Part shown: positions 56,201 to 63,349 of the stretch, in pieces
Layout: each line of letters opens with the position of its first letter
Position numbering within the stretch: the first letter of the stretch is position 1
IMG/VR virus record: IMGVR_UViG_3300044513_002212
Coordinates: 1 to 63,349 of that record
DNA: 63,349 nucleotides
Reading direction: 5' to 3' (one strand)
DNA from: a virus
Lineage: Duplodnaviria; Caudoviricetes
Made by a program: the position numbers and the translations under genes
Notes under the pieces: generated by a model
Told to the model about the DNA's origin: nothing
Seen by the model: the letters and a program-made list of their open reading frames with translations, nothing else
Databases searched by the model: none

Positions 56201-56413
56201 ATGGAAAACATCGAAGCTCACATTCAGGCTGATAAGGAGATTCTAGAGAATCCTACAATTTCTCCACAAGCCCGTAGACACACAGAAGAAGAACTCAAAG
56301 AACTCGAAGCATATGCTGAGAGACATCCAAACGATCATCACGATCCCACTGCTTTGGAACTATATTGCGACAACAACCCAAGTGCTCCTGAGTGCTTAGT
56401 ATACGACGACTGA
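56201..56413 (+). CDS. cp12: CP12 Calvin-cycle inhibitor
   Basis: LELYCDNNPSAPECLVYDD C-terminus. Confidence 0.92.
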   Translation: MENIEAHIQADKEILENPTISPQARRHTEEELKELEAYAERHPNDHHDPTALELYCDNNPSAPECLVYDD

Positions 56414-56419
56414 TAAAAA

Positions 56420-58981
56420 ATGATTGATCACGCCTTATTGCAATCTAATTTCGCCGGCCGCGACGGATTTGTTTGGTGGATTGGTAAAGTTGCCCATCCA
56501 AAGTTTTGGCGTGACGGTTCCACAGACGTAGAAGAAGGTTGGCCTTTTAGATGTAAAGTCAGAATCATTGGATATCATCCATTCAATGAAGAAGAACTGG
56601 CAGAGGATGACCTTCCCTGGGCTCATGTCATGGTTCCTGCCCATAGTGGTGCTGGGCAGGCCTGTCTAGGGGAGAGTAGTAGAATGGTAGGTGGAGAAAC
56701 CGTATTTGGTTTCTTCATGGATGGCGAAGAAGGTCAACAACCTGTTATCTTTGGTGCTCTCCAAAGAAACTTGAAAGGTCCAAAAAACGAAAGAGTTTCT
56801 ATTGATCAAAAGTCTGGTGCAGTAAAAAGAGAGAAAGGTTCTGCCTTTTCTCCTTTATCTGGAAGAATTGCTGCTGGTAATGGATTGACTACTCAACCGC
56901 CATCGTTATCCAAAGCAGCATCAACACCAAAGAAAAACGCTGAAAATAAAGCAGGTGAAACTGCAGAGGATCAATCGGGAGAATCTAAAGAAGGAGTAAG
57001 AAGAAATACACAAGCAACAAAACTTTTCTGTGATGTTGCATATACACACACTGCATCTAACGCTTGTGAGAATGATTCTATCTCCAAGATTACTCATGCT
57101 ATTGGTAGTTTTCTGAAAACTATCAATGCTCTTACACAATTTGCACAAGTCTATGTTGATGCTGCTGCAAACCTAGTCTCGGATATTAGGAGAGTATTAG
57201 GAAAGACGACAAGACTCATTATTGGTGCAGTTAAGTGGCTCGTCAATGCAATCCGAGATAAGATCATGTGTTACCTCGGTAAGAGGTTCAAAGACATGGT
57301 TGGACTTATAGTTCCAGAACCTCAAAAGTCGCCAGTTGTTCAGGCACTTAAGAGAATCATGGATATTGTTTTCTGTGTTCTGGAGAAACTAGGTTTTAGC
57401 ATTGGGTCATTTATTAAAGATCTATTGAAACAGATGATTGGTAAAACAATCAATACATCTGTATGTGCTATTGAACAAGCTCTTGGTGCAATTCTTGCTA
57501 AACTAAATGACGCCATTAGTGCCGCATTGAAACCAATCATGGAAGGATTGGATTGGTTGATCGGTGCTCTTGGTCAAGTAAGTGGACTACTAGGACAGGT
57601 TAGTTCCTACGTCAACCTGATCATGAGTTTCTTATCTTGCGATTCTCTGCAATGTAAAGACTATGATGATTGGTCTCAGAGTTGGGGACTATCTACCAAG
57701 GGCGCACAAAACATGGCTAGTGTCCTTGATAAGAGTAAGATCATTCAGGATATTGATAGACTGGCCGCAGATGGTGGGGATCTATCTTTCTTGAGTATGC
57801 TTGGTGGAAACCTCGAACAGTTCTTCGATTGTAATGAAAAAATCAGAAATCCAAGAACTCAAGACGATATTGATGATACAATTCCTTCTGGATTTATCCT
57901 CGACCAATGTGTTCCACCATCAGTCTATGTTGCTGGTGATAATATAAAACCAGCAAAAGTCAGACCTATTGTTTCCTCGACAACTGGTGGAATTCTTTCT
58001 ATTGAAATTATCAACTCTGGATTGGGATATGAAGTTCCACCAAGGATTTCAATTATTGATAAGACTGGTCATGGTGGAGGTGCAATCGCTCAGGCAAAGA
58101 TCGATGATGCTGGAAGATTAACTCAAATCTTCATGGTGAATACTGGAAGTGAGTATTGTCCTACCTCTGGTGCAGTTCAGCCAGAACCACCAACTAATGA
58201 AGGTGATGATGAAGGTGCCGGCGATGGAACTGGAACTGATACAACAGCACCATTTATTATCTTCACCACTCCATCAGATGATGCTATTGGTGTTCAGACT
58301 TCATTGTCTGTTCAAGTTTCGTTCAATGAACCAGTAAGACGTGGAAATGGGGTTATTATCGTAAGAGAGTCTAAGACGAATGATGTTCATGAAATTATTC
58401 CAGTAGATGACACTCAAAGATTGGATTTCATTTCCGATAGTGTTATTCAACTTACGCCAGATGATAGTCTGAAATTCTCTACCGAGTATTTCATTACAAT
58501 GTCTCGTGGATCTTTCGTCGATTTCTCTGGAAACAAGTTTGCTGGTATTGCAAAAACTGATACCTATAACTTTACAACTAGAGGTGTAGCGGGTATTGGT
58601 AGTGATCCAGTCGGTATTGTTACCGATGTTGTCCCATGGAGACCTGGAATTGGATACACTGATGGGGATACTGGAAACGTTGGTGATTGTACCTTCAACT
58701 TTGTCCTTACACCAGCTGGATCAATTGTCGGTATTAAGGATCTTATCTGTAAAGATAAGTATAAAGAAATTCCAGACGTTACAATCAACACCAGAACTGG
58801 TAGAGGTGCTGAACTAAGAACCGTACTGGCTTATAGTCCAGACTACTCCAAGGATCTATCCAACTTCACAACTGATGTAGTACCTACTGGTATATTGGTT
58901 GTAGACGTTGTTGATTGTGTTGGAGTTACCAGCACAAATAGAAGATTAAATACTAATACTGGAACAGGAACCACAGTCTAA
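56420..58981 (+). CDS. gp5: Baseplate hub/spike gp5-like protein with an Ig-like insert
   Basis: GRDGF.WWIG, RCKVRI.GYH, LPWA, GFF.DG..QQP.I.G (OB fold); DTTAP...FNEPV Big-5-like domain. Confidence 0.78.
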   Translation: MIDHALLQSNFAGRDGFVWWIGKVAHPKFWRDGSTDVEEGWPFRCKVRIIGYHPFNEEELAEDDLPWAHVMVPAHSGAGQACLGESSRMVGGETVFGFFMDGEEGQQPVIFGALQRNLKGPKNERVSIDQKSGAVKREKGSAFSPLSGRIAAGNGLTTQPPSLSKAASTPKKNAENKAGETAEDQSGESKEGVRRNTQATKLFCDVAYTHTASNACENDSISKITHAIGSFLKTINALTQFAQVYVDAAANLVSDIRRVLGKTTRLIIGAVKWLVNAIRDKIMCYLGKRFKDMVGLIVPEPQKSPVVQALKRIMDIVFCVLEKLGFSIGSFIKDLLKQMIGKTINTSVCAIEQALGAILAKLNDAISAALKPIMEGLDWLIGALGQVSGLLGQVSSYVNLIMSFLSCDSLQCKDYDDWSQSWGLSTKGAQNMASVLDKSKIIQDIDRLAADGGDLSFLSMLGGNLEQFFDCNEKIRNPRTQDDIDDTIPSGFILDQCVPPSVYVAGDNIKPAKVRPIVSSTTGGILSIEIINSGLGYEVPPRISIIDKTGHGGGAIAQAKIDDAGRLTQIFMVNTGSEYCPTSGAVQPEPPTNEGDDEGAGDGTGTDTTAPFIIFTTPSDDAIGVQTSLSVQVSFNEPVRRGNGVIIVRESKTNDVHEIIPVDDTQRLDFISDSVIQLTPDDSLKFSTEYFITMSRGSFVDFSGNKFAGIAKTDTYNFTTRGVAGIGSDPVGIVTDVVPWRPGIGYTDGDTGNVGDCTFNFVLTPAGSIVGIKDLICKDKYKEIPDVTINTRTGRGAELRTVLAYSPDYSKDLSNFTTDVVPTGILVVDVVDCVGVTSTNRRLNTNTGTGTTV

Positions 58982-59565
58982 TGGCAAAACAAACACAATC
59001 TCTTACAACAAAGGAATATTTTTCCAATTATCCTGGATATAGAATGGAATCTGGGGTGGTTATCCCAGAAGGAGCATTAAAGGGAAAAGAAGTTGACTTA
59101 GACTGTATTACCGACCAAGGTCAAGGGTGGGCTTTTTTCAAAGATGGATACTACAAATCACTGTGCCACGGTACAAGTTATGAAATTTGTGGCTCAAGAA
59201 ATGAGGAAAAAGATTTTTCTAAAATTCTTACTGCGGTATCTGGTCATATTCTGATTGATGCTCAAGATGGAGACATTATTCTTAAGGGAAGAAACGTAAG
59301 AATCACTGCAGAGGATGGTGAAGGTGAGATTAGTTTAGTCTCTGGAAAGCACGTATACATAAAGGGAGCGATCACTCACATTAGAGGAACAAATGTAAAC
59401 ATCTTGAGTAGTAACAACTTGTCTCTTGGTGGTACTTTCATTGAAAGTAATGGTTCTGTTAGTAATGAAGCAGGAACTGGAACAGACTTGGCTCAAGGAT
59501 CGTTCCTCGGAGGCATCTTCAAGTGGTTGGATAAATTTAAAGATTTCTTAGGAGAGTGTAAGTAG
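58981..59565 (+). CDS. Putative spike beta-helix protein (gp5 C-terminal-like)
   Basis: Repeating I.A..G.I.L.G.N pattern. Confidence 0.5.
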   Translation: MAKQTQSLTTKEYFSNYPGYRMESGVVIPEGALKGKEVDLDCITDQGQGWAFFKDGYYKSLCHGTSYEICGSRNEEKDFSKILTAVSGHILIDAQDGDIILKGRNVRITAEDGEGEISLVSGKHVYIKGAITHIRGTNVNILSSNNLSLGGTFIESNGSVSNEAGTGTDLAQGSFLGGIFKWLDKFKDFLGECK

Positions 59566-59567
59566 TA

Positions 59568-60455
59568 ATGGCAGCATCTGCAGCGATTTCATATGTCGGT
59601 GATAAACTGATTGTAGGGTATCTCGACACAGCTTTTCTTTCAGCGACTAGTAGACTAACACCTGGAACGTTAGTTGCTAATGGACCATGTTACTTTGGTA
59701 TGCCTGCTGCTGTTGGTGTTGCTAGAGCAACAGTAATGATTGGTCCTCCAATTACCGCAAGTGTTCCTGCATCTTTAGAAGTACTTGGAGTCACCAATAT
59801 CTACGGAGCATTTAATGTCCTTGCAATTAGTACGTTTACTGGTCTTACAACTAAACTGGGAACTACAATTAAACAAGCTCTAAGTCTAAAGAATGGAGTT
59901 GACATTTCCAATGCTTTGAAAGTAGGTAATACAGTCAAAGTTCAGAACGGAACAGATAATGTTAATGGTGTTCTGAATGTTGCGGGTGTTATTAGTTGTG
60001 CTTGGTTAGAGAAAAGACTTGCGGCTGCAATGGCATCTCCACCAAAAGGATTTGACATGCATCACCCAACCAAGAAAGGTTGGAGATTAACACATATTTG
60101 TATCGAAGGTCCAGAGGCCGCAGTATATTATAGGGGTACACTTGACGGTAAAAATGTGATAGAATTGCCAGATTACTGGCGAGGTTTAGTAAACTCAGAA
60201 ACTATCACTGTTCAGTTGACTCCAAAAGGATGTTATCAAGAATTATTCTACGATATTATTGGTTGGGGAACAGCAATACAAGTAACTAATGCCGCTGGTG
60301 GTCCAGTAAACTGTAGTTATGTTGTATTTGGTGAAAGAAAAGACGTTGACAAAATTGTCGTTGAGTATGAAGGAAAGATTGAAGATTATCCTGGAAGAGA
60401 TCAAAGGTCTATCGTTGGTTATCACTATGATTATAGAGAGGGTGTGAACGGATGA
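59568..60455 (+). CDS. Virion structural protein
   Basis: C-terminal FDMHHP..KG.RL.H.CIEGPE..VYYRG domain. Confidence 0.6.
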   Translation: MAASAAISYVGDKLIVGYLDTAFLSATSRLTPGTLVANGPCYFGMPAAVGVARATVMIGPPITASVPASLEVLGVTNIYGAFNVLAISTFTGLTTKLGTTIKQALSLKNGVDISNALKVGNTVKVQNGTDNVNGVLNVAGVISCAWLEKRLAAAMASPPKGFDMHHPTKKGWRLTHICIEGPEAAVYYRGTLDGKNVIELPDYWRGLVNSETITVQLTPKGCYQELFYDIIGWGTAIQVTNAAGGPVNCSYVVFGERKDVDKIVVEYEGKIEDYPGRDQRSIVGYHYDYREGVNG

Positions 60456-62062
60456 AGGCAGATCCAAGTAAAATCTCAAAAAGATTGAGAGACACTGCTA
60501 AACAGCAGGACAGACAAGTAAAAGATATGAAGGAGGTTCTAACTATCTCCGATGCTATCATTGACGAATACGATGAGGTTATCGATGCGTTAGATACTAA
60601 GAATGTACCTCTTGTTAGTGAAATTAATTCTAGTATCAAGGCAGTTTGTGACTCTTATGATGCAAGGATTGTTGCTGATTGTCTGAGTCCTTTGATTTGG
60701 CAGGCACAAGAAACAAATACCATTTACTCAAAAGTATATGGCGGAGAGACAAGTACTACGACTTGGAAAGTAGTAAAAGATCCAAGTCAAAGAGTTCAGT
60801 TAAACTATTACGGGTGCAAATATTATAGACATCCAAAAAACAGAGAATATGGATCCAATGTGATCGATGAAATTTCAGATGCAAGTGTAGATCAATTGAC
60901 ACAAGTTTTAGTGGTATTTGATTCCAATGCAGATGAATATACTGCTGGAACCAATCCTATCATTAAAATTGGTGATTATATTACCGATGATCTAGAAGAA
61001 CCATATACTTGGACTACGGGAAATCTACCAACCGTTGTTGGACTTGGAACTACAGGGTATCCAAAAGAACAAGCGTCTGTTTCTGGATTTTGCACATCTG
61101 GAGTTGCTAGAATCTATGGAGATAATAGAACTGGATTCTTAACATCATACAATATTGGTGATTATATTTTAGACTCAGAATACTTCCCACAAGGAACTTA
61201 TATCACAGGATTTGGCACAGCAGTGGCAGATATTCTTCTTGATGGTAACGTTCCATCTGAACAAGATATTGATTTTGTCACAACCAGCGATGTTGCTATT
61301 GGAACTACTGAGTATCATGACTTTACTGTGGGTATTGTATCCACATATAATGCAGTATTCTTAAGTACCTTTACTACTGTTGGTGCTGCTAGAAGTTCTT
61401 TTCTTATTGTAAGGGGACCAGATAATGCAGACCTCAATTTTGAAGTAACCAAGAATCCTATTGATCCAGTAGAAATTGGAATCGCTGAGGAAAACAAAAT
61501 TGGTAAGGGACATAGGATCAGTCTAATGAATAATGGGGATCCAAAAGTAATTGCCAAGTGGCATGAGATACAGAATGATCCAGAACCTGCAGTTGGTGCT
61601 GGATATTGTGAATATTGGGTTGGTGCTTCTTCGTGGCCTACAATTCAAACCGTTAGTAGATCTGGTGCTGGAACTACTGCGAGTCCATATACGTACAGTT
61701 ATGCTCCAGTACAGTATGTTCCAGAAGGATACACGATTTCTGTAAGTTCTGGTAGTTCTGTGCCATCAGCAATTAGATCCACTAGTTCAGTGAGTCCAAC
61801 TAATCCTGGACTTACTGGATGTACTGCTTTATCTAATGCGATTACTTCTGCAGAGTCTGCAATGTCTGCTAAAATTGCAGAAAACTCTCCTAAGATTAAT
61901 CATAATCTAAATGCTTCCAAAACTCTTAGAAGATTAAGAGACGAGGAGGAAACTACCGCATGGTCAATGCTCCAAGGCATTGCATATATTGATGATAGTA
62001 AGACAAAACTGAATAATGATGCTAATGAAATTGATGATTTTAATTGGAAGGATGTTCAATGA
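60452..62062 (+). CDS. Virion structural protein
   Basis: Thr/Gly-rich beta region flanked by coiled coils, within the structural operon. Confidence 0.6.
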   Translation: MKADPSKISKRLRDTAKQQDRQVKDMKEVLTISDAIIDEYDEVIDALDTKNVPLVSEINSSIKAVCDSYDARIVADCLSPLIWQAQETNTIYSKVYGGETSTTTWKVVKDPSQRVQLNYYGCKYYRHPKNREYGSNVIDEISDASVDQLTQVLVVFDSNADEYTAGTNPIIKIGDYITDDLEEPYTWTTGNLPTVVGLGTTGYPKEQASVSGFCTSGVARIYGDNRTGFLTSYNIGDYILDSEYFPQGTYITGFGTAVADILLDGNVPSEQDIDFVTTSDVAIGTTEYHDFTVGIVSTYNAVFLSTFTTVGAARSSFLIVRGPDNADLNFEVTKNPIDPVEIGIAEENKIGKGHRISLMNNGDPKVIAKWHEIQNDPEPAVGAGYCEYWVGASSWPTIQTVSRSGAGTTASPYTYSYAPVQYVPEGYTISVSSGSSVPSAIRSTSSVSPTNPGLTGCTALSNAITSAESAMSAKIAENSPKINHNLNASKTLRRLRDEEETTAWSMLQGIAYIDDSKTKLNNDANEIDDFNWKDVQ

Positions 62063-62155
62063 TTGAAATTGATGCAAGCAAAGAGTCTTTAGATTGGTCA
62101 AATGCAAAACCATGAGAACAATTCCTCTGCCACCTAAGAAAAGAACAACAATGCT

Positions 62156-62674
62156 ATGAAAAAACATCTCTTTGCTATTCCAATCTTTGAAGATAAAATT
62201 GATTTAGAAGTATTCAAGTTCCCAGAACAAGAGTTTGAACCGATCTGGGATTCTAATACACCAACAACGTTTGGCAAAAATCACCCATTGTCAGAGGAAT
62301 CTTTCGGACACTTATGTGATGTCATAACAAGAAATCTTTCTGAAGGAAACGTTCTTGGGGCAAATCCAAGGATAGGAAATATGTGGCGGAACAAATATGA
62401 TGAAAATGATTATCAGGATGTACACATTCATCCACATTGCCAGTGGAGTTTCATCATTTACGAAACAATGAAGTCCCAAACTTCGTTCTTAAATCCATCG
62501 ATTAAAGATATTCAGAATCAAATTGGCAATGGGGTAGGAGAATTTCCTTTAGATTATAAACCAAATCTCGGACCAGGAGATATTATTATCTTCCCATCAT
62601 TTTTGTTTCATTCTGTCAACAGGGGTTCAGGCGGAACCTCTATTTCGGGTAATATATACATGGACTATTGCTAA
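62156..62674 (+). CDS. 2OG-Fe(II) oxygenase
   Basis: LFAIP, HIHP..WSFIIY, GDIIIFPSFLFHSV, SISGN. Confidence 0.8.
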   Translation: MKKHLFAIPIFEDKIDLEVFKFPEQEFEPIWDSNTPTTFGKNHPLSEESFGHLCDVITRNLSEGNVLGANPRIGNMWRNKYDENDYQDVHIHPHCQWSFIIYETMKSQTSFLNPSIKDIQNQIGNGVGEFPLDYKPNLGPGDIIIFPSFLFHSVNRGSGGTSISGNIYMDYC

Positions 62675-62680
62675 TGTAAA

Positions 62681-63010
62681 ATGGGGATGTTCGATACGAT
62701 TAACTCTTCAGTTCCTTATTTTAAGGGAGTGTATCAGACAAAAGACTTGGATTGCTTAATGTCTGATTATTGGATAGACCCAGAGGGCAAACTATTTGAG
62801 ATAGATCTATCTTATACACAAGACTTTGATCGTATTGAAGGTAGCAGGTTGGTTTATGTCAAGAATGGAAATCACGGTAAGGTAAGACCGACATATATAC
62901 GAAAGTATGTTAGAATATACAATGAAGACGAGGAGTTCATCCTTCAAATTCATGATGGTAAAGTAGTTGCGTATCAAAAACATGAGCAAAACGGACAAGT
63001 ACGGCAATGA
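62681..63010 (+). CDS. Hypothetical phage protein
   Basis: MGMFD..QTKDL..Y.I..EG.L. Confidence 0.65.
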   Translation: MGMFDTINSSVPYFKGVYQTKDLDCLMSDYWIDPEGKLFEIDLSYTQDFDRIEGSRLVYVKNGNHGKVRPTYIRKYVRIYNEDEEFILQIHDGKVVAYQKHEQNGQVRQ

Positions 63011-63179
63011 ATTGCTGATTGATAATATTGAATGGATCGGACAAACTGTCGCTGACATTCACCATAGATTGAAGAATCTGGAAGGTGAAGTTAAACTTTT
63101 AAAATCCGATGTGAGTGCCCATGCATTTCAGATCGAATCCCTTTATAATGAACTAGTCCAAAAGGAGCAAAACCAATGA
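62982..63179 (+). CDS. Hypothetical coiled-coil protein
   Basis: ATG at 62982. Confidence 0.5.
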   Translation: MSKTDKYGNELLIDNIEWIGQTVADIHHRLKNLEGEVKLLKSDVSAHAFQIESLYNELVQKEQNQ

Positions 63180-63325
63180 CCAAGAGATCATACACTATTG
63201 AGAAGAAGGACTCCAAACACGTTCAAGTATGGGAGTGGGAAGAAACTCCTGCGCTGAGTAAGTTTATCAAGAAACAGGAACTTCGCAACAAGCATCTCAA
63301 TCCTCCTCCTGAACGACCTGCTTGA
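63176..63325 (+). CDS. Hypothetical protein (49 aa)
   Basis: GGAG RBS, ATGA overlap. Confidence 0.5.
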   Translation: MTKRSYTIEKKDSKHVQVWEWEETPALSKFIKKQELRNKHLNPPPERPA

Positions 63326-63349
63326 CACCAAGTCCTCCTCTTTGTATAA

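Overview
This window is a 63 kb segment of a T4-like cyanomyovirus genome, most likely a Synechococcus phage. From left to right it holds: (1) an array of 8 tRNAs interleaved with 2OG-Fe(II)/cupin oxygenase genes; (2) four short pseudoknot RNA modules, two of which look like the wcaG RNA motif, each followed by a sequence complementary to a tRNA 3' NCCA end; (3) an 11 kb sugar-nucleotide and glycosyltransferase island that also carries nadE; (4) photosynthesis genes (two hli, petF, psbA with a PhotoRC-II-like leader, petE, psbD) and a flavin-dependent halogenase; (5) a variable region with a carbamoyltransferase, an HNH nuclease, a tandem glutamine riboswitch with an ORF inside its loop, YRG peptides, def, talC and glutaredoxins; (6) the T4 core genes thyX, phoH, exonuclease, gp33, gp59 and gp32; (7) a baseplate/tail module (gp53, gp48, gp2, gp4, gp54-like, gp26, gp51, hub proteins, gp5) with cp12 inserted in it. 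The best candidates for undescribed biology are the anti-tRNA-acceptor pseudoknot RNA array (6081-7140) and the riboswitch with an embedded ORF (30275-30535). All calls are by eye; no database searches were run.
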